Shown here piece by piece: positions 46,433-55,957 of a stretch of 64,000 nucleotides of DNA. The first letter of the stretch is position 1. Every line of letters starts with the position of its first letter. The translations under genes were made by a program, and so were the position numbers. The DNA lies in contig JAFXUZ010000029.1 in assembly GCA_017524725.1 (NCBI GenBank), positions 41,672-105,671 on the forward strand, read 5' to 3'. The notes under the pieces are model-generated. The model was not told the DNA's origin. It did no database searches and worked only from the letters and a program-made list of their open reading frames with translations. This DNA is from Clostridia bacterium. Lineage in GTDB: Bacteria > Bacillota > Clostridia > Christensenellales > Aristaeellaceae.

Positions 46433-49400
46433 ATGCCAATCAAAATGACCGTGGACGGAAACGAAGCGGTAGGACACGTTGCGTACATGTTTTCCGATGT
46501 AGCGGCGATTTATCCGATCACCCCGTCCTCACCCATGGCCGAGCATGTGGACGAATGGGCCGCGCAGGGCAGGAAGAACCTGTTTGGCCAGAAGGTCCAC
46601 ATCGCCGAAATGGAATCTGAAGGCGGCGCCGCGGGTTCCGTGCACGGCAGCCTTGCCGCCGGTGCGCTGACCACCACCTTTACCGCGTCCCAGGGTCTTC
46701 TTCTGATGATCCCCAACATGTACAAGATCGCCGGTGAGCTCCTTCCCGGTGTCTTCCATGTTTCCGCCCGCGCCCTGGCGTATCACGCCCTGAGCATCTT
46801 CGGCGACCACAGCGACGTAATGTCCTGCCGTCAGACCGGTTTCGCGATGCTGGCGTCCGCGTCCGTCCAGGAAGCCATGGACATGGCCCTGGTGAGCCAT
46901 CTGGCCGCCATCGAGAGCTCCGTGCCCTTCCTGCATTTCTTTGACGGTTTCCGCACCAGCCACGAGATCCAGAAGATCGACGCCTTCACCATGGACGAAG
47001 TGCGTCCCCTGGTGAACTGGGATAAGGTGAAGGAATTCCGCGCCCGCGCCCTGAACCCCGAGCATCCGCATCAGGCCGGCACCGCCCAGAACCCGGACAT
47101 CTATTTCCAGGGCCGTGAAGCCGCCAACAAGTATTACCTGGCTGTGCCCGAGATCGTGCAGGCCGCCATGGACAAGGTCGCCGCCATTTCCGGCCGCGCC
47201 TACAAGCTGTATGATTACTACGGAGCTCCCGACGCGGAGTCCGTCATCGTGGCCATGGGCTCCGGCACCGAAGCCATCCACGAGACCATCGACCGCATGC
47301 TGAAGGAAGGCCGCAAGGTGGGCGTCGTCAAGGTCCATCTGTACCGTCCCTTCTCCGCGAAACACTTCATGGAAGCCGTTCCCGCCAGCTGCAAGAAGAT
47401 CGCCGTGCTGGACCGCACCAAGGAAGCCGGCTCCTTCGGCGAGCCCCTGTACGAGGACGTGGTATCCGTGCTGTTCGAAGCCGGACGCACCGACATCAAG
47501 GTGGTCGGCGGCCGCTTCGGTCTGGGCAGCAAGGAATTCACCCCCACCTGCGTCAAGGCCGTGTATGACAACCTGGACGCCGCCGAGCCCAAGAACCACT
47601 TTACCGTGGGCATCAACGACGACGTGACCGGCCTGAGCCTGCCCCTGGGCGATCTTTACAACGCCGCGCCCGAAGGCACCATCTGCTGCAAGTTCTACGG
47701 CCTCGGCTCCGACGGCACCGTCGGCGCCAACAAGAACTCCATCAAGATCATCGGCGACCATACCGACAAATACGCCCAGGCCTATTTCGCCTACGACTCC
47801 AAGAAGTCCGGCGGCCTGACGGTGAGCCACCTGCGTTTTGGCGACGTGCCGATCCGTTCCCCGTACCAGATCGACGCGGCCGACTTCATCGCCTGCCATA
47901 ACCCCGCGTACGTCACCATGTACGACATGGTCTCCTCCCTGCGCCAGAACGGCACGTTCCTTCTGAACTGCCCCTGGACCGAGGACCAGCTGGACGCCGA
48001 GCTGCCCGCCTCCATGAAGCAGCTGCTGGCCAAGAAGAACGCCAAGTTCTACATCATCAACGCCATCGAGCTGGCCGGCAAGGTCGGTATGGGCGGACGC
48101 ATCAACACCATCATGCAGGCCGCCTTCTTCAAGCTGGCCAACATCATCACCTATGACAAGGCCGAAGAATACATGAAGGCCTATGCCAAGAAGACCTACG
48201 GCAAGAAGGGCGACGCCGTCGTTCAGAAGAACTACGACGCCATCGACATCTCCATCACCGGACTGAAGGAAGTCAAGGTGCCCGCCGAATGGGCCAACGC
48301 CACCACCGGCGCCGTCCCCATGAAGGTGAACGCCACCGAATACTTCGATACCTTCGTCAGGCCCATCCTGGCGCAGGCCGGCGATGAGCTGCCCGTTTCC
48401 GCGCTGGACGCCAGGGGCATCGTGCCCACCGGCACCACCAAGTTCGAGAAGCGCGGCATCGCCGTCAAGGTCCCCGAGTGGCAGGCCGACAAGTGCATCC
48501 AGTGCGGCCGCTGCGCCCTGGTTTGCCCCCATGCCTGCATCCGTCCCGTCCTGGTGAAGGAAGGCGTCGAAGTGCCCGAGGGCTTTGTGACCAAGAAGGC
48601 CACCGGCAAGGAATTCGCCGGCTACCAGTACCGTATGCAGGTGAGCGTTATGGACTGCACCGGCTGCGGCAACTGCGAGGAAGTCTGCCCCGCCAAGGAA
48701 AAGGCCCTCGTGATGAAGCCCCTGGACAGCCAGCGCGCCCAGGAAGCCAACTGGGAATTCGCCATGGCCAATCCCGTGCCCGAGACCGTCGTCTTCGAGC
48801 CCAAGTCCGTCAAGAACCTGCAGTTCAAGCAGCCGCTGTTTGAGTTCTCCGGCGCCTGCGCGGGCTGCGGCGAGACCCCCTATGTGAAGGTCATCACCCA
48901 GCTGTTCGGCGACCGCATGATCATCGCCAACGCCACGGGCTGCTCCTCCATCTACGGCGGCTCCGCCCCCACCTGCCCCTACACCGTCAACGCCAAGGGC
49001 CATGGTCCCGCCTGGGCCAACAGCCTGTTTGAGGACAACGCCGAATTCGGCTACGGCATGCACCTGGCCACCGCTCAGCGCCGCGCCAAGCTGGCCGACA
49101 TCGTCGGTGAGATGATCGCCTGCGAATGCGCCACCGAGGAAGTCAAAGCCGCCGGCAAGGAATGGCTGGACAACTTCAACGACGCCGAAGGCAGCCGCGC
49201 CGCCGGTGAAAAGCTGCTGGCCGCCGTCAAGGGCGTCGACAGCGAAAACGCCAGGCTGGTCGAGGAAATGGCAGACCTGCTGACCAAGAAGTCCATCTGG
49301 ATCTTCGGCGGTGACGGCTGGGCCTATGATATCGGTTACGGCGGACTGGACCACGTCCTGGCCCAGAACCAGGATGTCAACGTCCTGGTGCTCGACACCG

Positions 49401-49915
49401 AAGTGTACTCCAACACCGGCGGACAGGCCTCCAAGTCCACGCCCACCGGTTCCGTGGCCAAGTTCGCCGCGGCCGGCAAGCAGACCAAGAAGAAGGACCT
49501 TGGCATGATGGCCATGTCCTACGGCTATGTCTACGTCGCCACCGTGGCCATGAGCGCCAATCCCGAGCAGATGATCAAGGTGATGCGCGAAGCCGAAGCC
49601 TATCACGGCCCGTCCCTGATCATCGCCTACGCGCCCTGCATCAACCACGGCATCAACATGTCCAAGTCCCAGGCCGAGATCCGCAAGGCTGTGGAAGCCG
49701 GCTACTGGCCGCTGTACCACTTCAATCCCGACGCGGAGAAGCCCTTCACCCTGGACAGCAAGGATCCCACCGCTTCCTACCAGGACTTCCTGGCCGGAGA
49801 GGTCCGCTACACCTCCCTGAAGAAGCAGTTCCCGGATGCCGCTGACGCCCTCTTCGCCAAGAACGAGAAGGACGCCCAGGTGAGGCTGGCCCGCTACAAG
49901 GAAATGAACGGCTGA
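46433..49915 (+). CDS. nifJ: Pyruvate:ferredoxin (flavodoxin) oxidoreductase
   Basis: Start at MPIKMTVDGNEAV (GAGGAGG RBS). Two 4Fe-4S motifs (CIQCGRCALVCPHA, CTGCGNCEEVCP), TPP motif GGDGWAYDIG, about 1160 aa. Confidence 0.93.
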   Translation: MPIKMTVDGNEAVGHVAYMFSDVAAIYPITPSSPMAEHVDEWAAQGRKNLFGQKVHIAEMESEGGAAGSVHGSLAAGALTTTFTASQGLLLMIPNMYKIAGELLPGVFHVSARALAYHALSIFGDHSDVMSCRQTGFAMLASASVQEAMDMALVSHLAAIESSVPFLHFFDGFRTSHEIQKIDAFTMDEVRPLVNWDKVKEFRARALNPEHPHQAGTAQNPDIYFQGREAANKYYLAVPEIVQAAMDKVAAISGRAYKLYDYYGAPDAESVIVAMGSGTEAIHETIDRMLKEGRKVGVVKVHLYRPFSAKHFMEAVPASCKKIAVLDRTKEAGSFGEPLYEDVVSVLFEAGRTDIKVVGGRFGLGSKEFTPTCVKAVYDNLDAAEPKNHFTVGINDDVTGLSLPLGDLYNAAPEGTICCKFYGLGSDGTVGANKNSIKIIGDHTDKYAQAYFAYDSKKSGGLTVSHLRFGDVPIRSPYQIDAADFIACHNPAYVTMYDMVSSLRQNGTFLLNCPWTEDQLDAELPASMKQLLAKKNAKFYIINAIELAGKVGMGGRINTIMQAAFFKLANIITYDKAEEYMKAYAKKTYGKKGDAVVQKNYDAIDISITGLKEVKVPAEWANATTGAVPMKVNATEYFDTFVRPILAQAGDELPVSALDARGIVPTGTTKFEKRGIAVKVPEWQADKCIQCGRCALVCPHACIRPVLVKEGVEVPEGFVTKKATGKEFAGYQYRMQVSVMDCTGCGNCEEVCPAKEKALVMKPLDSQRAQEANWEFAMANPVPETVVFEPKSVKNLQFKQPLFEFSGACAGCGETPYVKVITQLFGDRMIIANATGCSSIYGGSAPTCPYTVNAKGHGPAWANSLFEDNAEFGYGMHLATAQRRAKLADIVGEMIACECATEEVKAAGKEWLDNFNDAEGSRAAGEKLLAAVKGVDSENARLVEEMADLLTKKSIWIFGGDGWAYDIGYGGLDHVLAQNQDVNVLVLDTEVYSNTGGQASKSTPTGSVAKFAAAGKQTKKKDLGMMAMSYGYVYVATVAMSANPEQMIKVMREAEAYHGPSLIIAYAPCINHGINMSKSQAEIRKAVEAGYWPLYHFNPDAEKPFTLDSKDPTASYQDFLAGEVRYTSLKKQFPDAADALFAKNEKDAQVRLARYKEMNG

Positions 49916-49938
49916 TCCTTCAAAGCGACATAACTCAT

Positions 49939-49992
49939 GGGCCGTGAAGGCCGGGCACGTTTTACGTGCCGGGGCTTCACGGCCCTTTTTTT
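49939..49992 (+). terminator. Rho-independent terminator after nifJ
   Basis: Long hairpin GGGCCGTGAAGGCCGGGCACG-tttta-CGTGCCGGGGCTTCACGGCCC followed by T7. Confidence 0.8.
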
Positions 49993-50170
49993 GATTGATA
50001 ATTATTCAATTCGGTGATATAATAATACGCAAAGAAGGAAAATGCCCCAAACAGGAGCTCCGTCCGCCGAGGGAGCCCGGAAGCGTTTTCCATAGCGGCG
50101 GGATCGCCATGAACCGGTGCGGCATGGGCCCACGGGCCTTTGTACATTATATGCGAGGAGGTTTTTTGAC

Positions 50171-50662
50171 ATGAAAAAACTGTGCGCGCTTATCCTGGCA
50201 CTTTCCCTTTTCACCCTGGGTGCGGTCCTGTGCTGCGCCGAAGAACCGGACGCCGTGACCAGCGCTTCCGTGGCGGATTTTTATGCATCCGCGGCGCTGA
50301 CCGGGGACGAGCTGATGGCGTCCGTCAACTCCTACAACGGGTTTTTCGCCGTGGCTTCCGTCAATCCGGACGGGACCCCCAATGTGGGCTTCTACATCTT
50401 CAGCTGCGTTAAGCTGGGCGACGATTATTACCTGCAGCTGGGCCTTTCCCCCAACCAGACCACCGCGAACGTCGAAAACGGCAGCGCCCTGATGGCCATC
50501 TATGCCCAGGCTCCCTCGGAAGGAATGTCCTATGCCACCGCAGGCGCCCGCATGAAGCTGGAAGCGGTGACCGACGCCGGAGTGATCGAGGAGCTGAAGG
50601 CCATTGCGCCCCAGCAGTCCGAGATGTTCTATAAGATCGTGGAATGCCGTCCTCTGGGCTGA
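50171..50662 (+). CDS. Secreted small protein, possibly pyridoxamine-5'-phosphate-oxidase-like split-barrel fold
   Basis: Start at MKKLCALILALSLFTLGAVLCCA (GAGGAGG RBS). The segment GFFAVASVNPDGTPNVGFYIF resembles PNPOx-like/general stress protein 26 folds, but the assignment is weak. Confidence 0.4.
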   Translation: MKKLCALILALSLFTLGAVLCCAEEPDAVTSASVADFYASAALTGDELMASVNSYNGFFAVASVNPDGTPNVGFYIFSCVKLGDDYYLQLGLSPNQTTANVENGSALMAIYAQAPSEGMSYATAGARMKLEAVTDAGVIEELKAIAPQQSEMFYKIVECRPLG

Positions 50663-51011
50663 AACGCCTGCCCGGAGACGCGTGTGGTAAACAGCGTTTT
50701 TCCCAAATGCCCGCGGACCTGAGGACCGGTTCGCGGGTCCTTGTTTTCAGCGTCGGGCGGCCGGACTTTTTTGAAAGGCGTGCCGAAAGCGGATTTCATT
50801 CATCGGCGGGCCGCCCTGGATGCCGGATTGCTGTTTTGCTGAGGCGGAAAGGATAACGGGCATACAAATACGTGAGCTTCCGTATGAACGGCCCGGAAGG
50901 ATGGAGCAGGCCCTTTTTTATCACGCTGATCTATGCTATAATCGGCAATGCCCCTCGCGGGCAAATAAATGCGGCGCCCCATCCGATAGCGGAGGGACAG
51001 CCGGCGAGGAT

Positions 51012-51848
51012 ATGACGATGAACGAGATCATCAGACTTGAGAAAGTCAGCTACGCCTATGAGGAGGACGGCCCCAGGGCGGTGGACGGGCTGGATCTTTC
51101 ATTTGAACGGGGCTCTTTCACCGCGGTTCTCGGGCACAACGGGAGCGGGAAGAGCACCATGGCCAAGATGATGAACGGGCTTTTCCTGCCCACCGAAGGC
51201 CGCGTGACCGTGGACGGCATGGATACAGCCGATGAAAAGAACACCTGGGAGATCCGGAAAAAGGCCGGGATGATCTTCCAGAATCCCGACAACCAGCTGG
51301 TGGCGACGGTGGTGACCGACGACGTGGCCTTCGGCCTGGAAAACCTGGGCGTCCCGCCCGCCGAGATGCCGGAAAGGATCAACTGGGCCCTGGAACAGGC
51401 GGGGATGGCGGAGCACGCCTTCAAGGCGCCTCACCTCCTTTCAGGCGGGCAGAAGCAGCGCGTGGCCATCGCCGGCGTACTGGCCATGCGGCCGGAGATC
51501 ATCATCTGCGATGAGGCCACGGCCATGCTGGACCCCCAGGGCCGCAGGGAAGTGCTGTCGGTGATGGAAAAGCTGAACCGGGAGCAGGGCATCACCGTCA
51601 TCTGGATCACCCATTTCATGGAGGAGGCGGTGCGCTTTTCGCGCCTGCTTGTGATGGACCGGGGCCGTGTGGTAATGGACGGGACCCCGGCGGAGGTGTT
51701 CTCCGACGAGGAAAAGCTGGAAAGGATGCACCTGAGGCTGCCCGTGATGGCCAGGCTCAGCATGAAGCTGCGGAAGGAAAACGGGGATATCCCGCTGTGC
51801 CTTACCGCGGAGGACCTGGCACGGGAGGCTGAGAAAAGATGGAACTGA
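51012..51848 (+). CDS. ecfA1: ECF transporter ATPase EcfA1
   Basis: Trimmed to MTMNEIIRLEKVSYAY. Walker A GHNGSGKST, signature LSGGQKQR. Followed by a second ATPase and the T component. Confidence 0.85.
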   Translation: MTMNEIIRLEKVSYAYEEDGPRAVDGLDLSFERGSFTAVLGHNGSGKSTMAKMMNGLFLPTEGRVTVDGMDTADEKNTWEIRKKAGMIFQNPDNQLVATVVTDDVAFGLENLGVPPAEMPERINWALEQAGMAEHAFKAPHLLSGGQKQRVAIAGVLAMRPEIIICDEATAMLDPQGRREVLSVMEKLNREQGITVIWITHFMEEAVRFSRLLVMDRGRVVMDGTPAEVFSDEEKLERMHLRLPVMARLSMKLRKENGDIPLCLTAEDLAREAEKRWN

Positions 51849-52735
51849 AGCTTGATCATGTGACCCACACCTACCAGCCCGGCAGCCCCTTCCAGGCCAC
51901 CGCCATCCGGGATATCTCCCTGACGGTGGGGGACGGGGATTTTACCGCCCTGATCGGGCCGACCGGCAGCGGCAAATCCACCCTGGCGCAGCACCTGAAC
52001 GGCCTGCTGAAACCCACGGAGGGGACCGTGACCCTGGACGGTGAAGACATCCACCAAAAGGGCTTTGACCGGCGGCGGGTAAGGCAGCAGGTGGGGCTGG
52101 TATTCCAGTATCCGGAGACCCAGCTGTTTGAGGAGACGGTCAAAAAGGACATCGCGTTCGGCCCAAGGAACCTGGGCCTTTCCGAAGACGAGATCGCCGA
52201 ACGGGTGCGGACGGCCATGGAGCAGGTGGGGCTGGACTTTGAGAACGAGGGGGATAAGAGCCCCTTTGAGCTTTCTGGCGGGAAAATGCGGCGGTGCGCC
52301 ATCGCCGGCGTCATTGCCATGCGCCCCAAAGTCCTGGTGCTGGACGAACCGACCGCGGGCCTGGATCCCGAAGCGCGGGAAGATCTGATGGAAATGGTGG
52401 CTGATCTGCACCGTAAGGGCACGGCCATCGTGATGGTGACCCACAGCATGGACGACGCGGCGAAGTACTGCAGCCGCACGGTGGTGCTGGAAAAGGGCAG
52501 GGTGGTTATGGACGGCGCGCCGCGGGAAGTGTTTTCCCGTGCGGAGGAGCTGACCCGGATGGGCCTGGACGTGCCGCAGGTGCTCAGGCTCGGGATGCTG
52601 CTGCGGGAAAAGGGGATCCCCTTCCCGGAGGACGCGATCCGTGAGGAGGAAGCGGAAAAAGCGCTGCTTGAACTGTTCGGGAACCGTTCCGGTCCGGGAC
52701 TGCAGGACAGGAAAGGAGGGCGCGGACATGCTTGA
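51839..52735 (+). CDS. ecfA2: ECF transporter ATPase EcfA2
   Basis: MELKLDHVTHTY, Walker A GPTGSGKST, signature LSGGKMRR. Overlaps the end of ecfA1 by 10 nt. Confidence 0.85.
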   Translation: MELKLDHVTHTYQPGSPFQATAIRDISLTVGDGDFTALIGPTGSGKSTLAQHLNGLLKPTEGTVTLDGEDIHQKGFDRRRVRQQVGLVFQYPETQLFEETVKKDIAFGPRNLGLSEDEIAERVRTAMEQVGLDFENEGDKSPFELSGGKMRRCAIAGVIAMRPKVLVLDEPTAGLDPEAREDLMEMVADLHRKGTAIVMVTHSMDDAAKYCSRTVVLEKGRVVMDGAPREVFSRAEELTRMGLDVPQVLRLGMLLREKGIPFPEDAIREEEAEKALLELFGNRSGPGLQDRKGGRGHA

Positions 52736-53543
52736 CAATTTCGCCTTCGGCCAGTACTATCCGGGGACCAGCGTCTTCCACCGGATGGACCCCCGGATGA
52801 AGATCATCCTGCTGATACTGTATATCGCCGGTATTTTCTGCGCGGGGACCCTGCCGTCCTTTGCCGTGCCGCTGCTTTTTATGGTCTTTTCCATCCGCAT
52901 GGCGGCCGTGCCGCTGAAGATGGTCTTCAAATCCCTGAAGCCCCTCAGGTTCATCCTGATCTTTACCTTTGTGCTCAACCTGTTTTTCCTCCAGGGAGAC
53001 AAGGTGCTCCTGGACCTGGGATTTGCCCGGATCACCCGGGAAGGCCTGGTGAACGCCGTGCTTTACGCCCTCAGGCTGGTGTTCCTTGTGATGGGTTCCT
53101 CGCTCCTGACCCTGACCACCGCGCCGGTGCCCCTGACCGACGGGCTGGAAAGGCTCCTGAGCCCCCTGAAAGCGATCCGGTTCCCTGCGCATGAGATGGC
53201 CATGATGATGACCATCGCCCTGCGCTTTATTCCCACCCTCCTGGAGGAGACCGACAAGATCATGAAGGCACAAAGCGCCAGGGGCGCCGACTTTGAAAGC
53301 GGCAACCTGATTCAGCGCGCCAAGGCCATGGTGCCCCTGCTGGTGCCGCTGTTCGTGTCCTCCTTCCGGCGGGCCGGGGAGCTGGCCATGGCCATGGAGG
53401 CCCGGTGCTATCACGGCGGCGAGGGCAGGACCCGCCTGCATGTGCTGAAAATGGCCAGGCGCGATTATATCGCCCTGGCCCTGGGGATCGCCATGGTGGC
53501 GATGACGGTGGCGCTTTCCCGCCTGACAGCCGGTCTCATCTGA
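52728..53543 (+). CDS. ecfT: ECF transporter transmembrane component EcfT
   Basis: Trimmed to MLDNFAFGQYYPGTSVFHRMDPRMKI. Conserved ARGADFESG motif and multiple TM helices. Confidence 0.85.
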   Translation: MLDNFAFGQYYPGTSVFHRMDPRMKIILLILYIAGIFCAGTLPSFAVPLLFMVFSIRMAAVPLKMVFKSLKPLRFILIFTFVLNLFFLQGDKVLLDLGFARITREGLVNAVLYALRLVFLVMGSSLLTLTTAPVPLTDGLERLLSPLKAIRFPAHEMAMMMTIALRFIPTLLEETDKIMKAQSARGADFESGNLIQRAKAMVPLLVPLFVSSFRRAGELAMAMEARCYHGGEGRTRLHVLKMARRDYIALALGIAMVAMTVALSRLTAGLI

Positions 53544-53669
53544 TGTCCCTCCGGTATTTTTACGGGACCGGGTTGAAAAATGAAGCGGCCGAATATTGAG
53601 AAGTTGGCAAAAATCAGGTATACTTGAACCGGTACGTGATACCTGTCAAGAGAAAGGGGTCCGATTCGA

Positions 53670-55871
53670 ATGAAGAAATGCGCTGTTTCCCTGATGCTGA
53701 TCCTGTCGCTGCTGGCGGTGTGCCTTGCACCCTGCGCCGCCGAAGCGCCCGGCGATGTGACCGCCACGGTCTCCGACATCCAGAAATACGGAAACGTGGT
53801 CCTCTCCCTTGGATGCAAGGATCTGATGGACGCCGGCTATGCCTACGGCGACGTCATCACCGTAACGGTGGGCGGGACCGGATATGACATGCCCATCGGG
53901 TCCAACTATGCGGACGTGGACCAGGGAAGCATGATCTGCCGTGCCGTGTACAGCGAATCCGAAGGCACGGATTATGTGCTGGTGGCCATCAATATGGGTG
54001 ATTTCGCCACCGCCGCCGGCATCGCATCCAAGACAAAGATCGAAGAGGATCCGGGCTACGTCTGGACCTACCTGATGGAGCTCCCCGTGACCGTCACCGT
54101 TTCCATGAAGGAAAAAGGCGGCTATTATGACGAGTACGTCATGCGCCAGCTGTCCCGCAGCCTGGAAAGGAACGATTATCCGGACCTGACGGACAGCGAG
54201 TTCGCCAATTTCCGCCCCGTGACCACCACCGGCATGGGCAGGGGCGTGCTTTACCGCTCCTCCAGCCCGGTCAACCCCGAGATCAACCGCAATGCCCAGG
54301 CCGCGGCGGCGGCCGAAGCCGCAGGAATCAGGACCGTGATGAACCTTGCGGACGCGGAATCCGCCCTTGTGAATTACGAGGGCTACGAGGGCTCCTGGTA
54401 CAGCACCCTGAACGTGATCCCCCTGAACCTGGGAGTGGACTTCACAGCCGACGACTTCCGCGCCGGACTGGCCGAAGGCTTCCGCTTCATCGCTTCCCAC
54501 GAAGGCCCCTACCTGGTCCACTGCAACGAGGGCAAGGACCGCGCGGGCTTTGCCTCCGCTATCCTGGAGTGCCTGATGGGCGCCACAGCCGAGGAGGTCG
54601 TGGCAGACTACATGGTGACCTATTACAACTATTACGGGGTCGCTGACGGCACCGACCAGTATAACACCATCGCCTCCTCCAACATCGTCAAGTCCCTTTC
54701 CACAGCCTTTGGCGTGAACGACCTCTATTCCGCGGACCTTGCGAAGGATGCGGAGAAATACCTGGCCTCTGTCGGCATGACCGCTGATGAGATCGCCGCC
54801 CTGAAAGCGGTCCTCGGCCCGGACGCGGCGGTCGAAGAAGCGACGGTCACCGGCAGGGTCACCGAGATCGAAAAATACGGCCACGCGCTCCTGGACATTT
54901 CCATCGCGGATTTCGCTTCGGCGGGCTTTGAACTGGGCGACGTCGTCACCGTTGAGGCGGGCGGCGCTTCCTATGACATGCCTTTCTTCAACGGCTATTA
55001 TGTGGACCGCGGCGAAATGATGCTTCGCGCCTATCCCGGGCACGAATACATTGCCGTGTGCATCAACTACGGCAAGTTCGCCGAGACCGCGGGCATCGGC
55101 GTGGGCGACGAGGTGACCATCTCCCTGAAGGAGAAGGCCGGCGCCCTGACCACGCAGGAGGTCAATTCCCTGGTCTACACCGACGCGCGCGCCGACTATG
55201 CCTCCGACGAAGTGTTCGCCAACTTCCGCCCCGTGGCGCTGGGCGATATCGCCGAAGGACGCCTGTACCGTTCCGCGTCTCCCGTCAACAACGAGCACGG
55301 CCGCGCCGCATATGCCTGCACCCTGATGGTAAACGCCAGGGTGAAGACCGTCCTGAACCTGGCCGAGACCCCCGAGGAGCTGGAAGCGCTTTTTGCGGCC
55401 GAAGGCTTTGCCTCCGCCGGCTATAAGGCGCTTCACGACGAAGGGCATGTCCTGGCGCTGGGCCTGCCGATCAACTACACCTCTGATGAATTCGGCGGCG
55501 AGGTGGCACGGGGCCTGACCTTCCTTTCCGGGCAGGAGGTCCCCTACCTGGTGCACTGCACCGAGGGCAAGGACCGCGCCGGTTTTGTGTGCATGCTCCT
55601 GGAAGCGCTGATGGGCGCGGACAAGGACGGGATCGTGGCCGACTATATGGAAAGCTACGTGAATTATTACCACATCGATCCCGAACAGGACGCCGCCAAG
55701 TACGAAATGATCGCCGAAAAGAACGTGTGCCAGATGCTGTGCGCCGTCTGCGGGCTGGAAGCCGGGACGGACCTTGCGGGCGTGGACCTGGCCCTGGCGG
55801 CGAGGGATTACCTGACCGCCCACGGCATGGCCGGGAAAGCTTTGGACGCCCTGACTGCGAAGCTGAAATAA
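53670..55871 (+). CDS. Secreted protein with two tandem modules, each a beta-barrel (SAM-hydrolase C-terminal-like) plus a tyrosine-phosphatase-like domain (HCxEGKDRAG)
   Basis: Signal peptide MKKCAVSLMLILSLLAVCLAPCAA. Module 1 carries YLVHCNEGKDRAGF and module 2 carries YLVHCTEGKDRAGF (CX5R P-loops). Each is preceded by FANFRPV...LYRSSSP and by an xIxKYGxxxL...GDVxTV barrel-like segment. The two halves align along their whole length. Confidence 0.65.
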   Translation: MKKCAVSLMLILSLLAVCLAPCAAEAPGDVTATVSDIQKYGNVVLSLGCKDLMDAGYAYGDVITVTVGGTGYDMPIGSNYADVDQGSMICRAVYSESEGTDYVLVAINMGDFATAAGIASKTKIEEDPGYVWTYLMELPVTVTVSMKEKGGYYDEYVMRQLSRSLERNDYPDLTDSEFANFRPVTTTGMGRGVLYRSSSPVNPEINRNAQAAAAAEAAGIRTVMNLADAESALVNYEGYEGSWYSTLNVIPLNLGVDFTADDFRAGLAEGFRFIASHEGPYLVHCNEGKDRAGFASAILECLMGATAEEVVADYMVTYYNYYGVADGTDQYNTIASSNIVKSLSTAFGVNDLYSADLAKDAEKYLASVGMTADEIAALKAVLGPDAAVEEATVTGRVTEIEKYGHALLDISIADFASAGFELGDVVTVEAGGASYDMPFFNGYYVDRGEMMLRAYPGHEYIAVCINYGKFAETAGIGVGDEVTISLKEKAGALTTQEVNSLVYTDARADYASDEVFANFRPVALGDIAEGRLYRSASPVNNEHGRAAYACTLMVNARVKTVLNLAETPEELEALFAAEGFASAGYKALHDEGHVLALGLPINYTSDEFGGEVARGLTFLSGQEVPYLVHCTEGKDRAGFVCMLLEALMGADKDGIVADYMESYVNYYHIDPEQDAAKYEMIAEKNVCQMLCAVCGLEAGTDLAGVDLALAARDYLTAHGMAGKALDALTAKLK

Positions 55872-55957
55872 GCGGCGCGGCATTGACAAATGGGTTAGGT
55901 TAGTCTATCTTTAAAACGGCGTTCCCGGATAAGGGACGCGCAGGAGGTTTAAGAAAA

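Noticed and set aside
46529-49720. 1063-aa minus-strand ORF opposite nifJ/PFOR
   Set aside because: PFOR motifs (two ferredoxin clusters and the TPP motif) fix the plus frame. The antisense product is low-complexity and G/V/A/D-rich.
50024-50170. Possible FMN or other riboswitch in the ~145-nt leader of the PNPOx-like gene
   Set aside because: No RFN-element blocks or other recognisable aptamer consensus were visible. It was noted only as a long leader behind a TTGATA-18-TATAAT promoter candidate.
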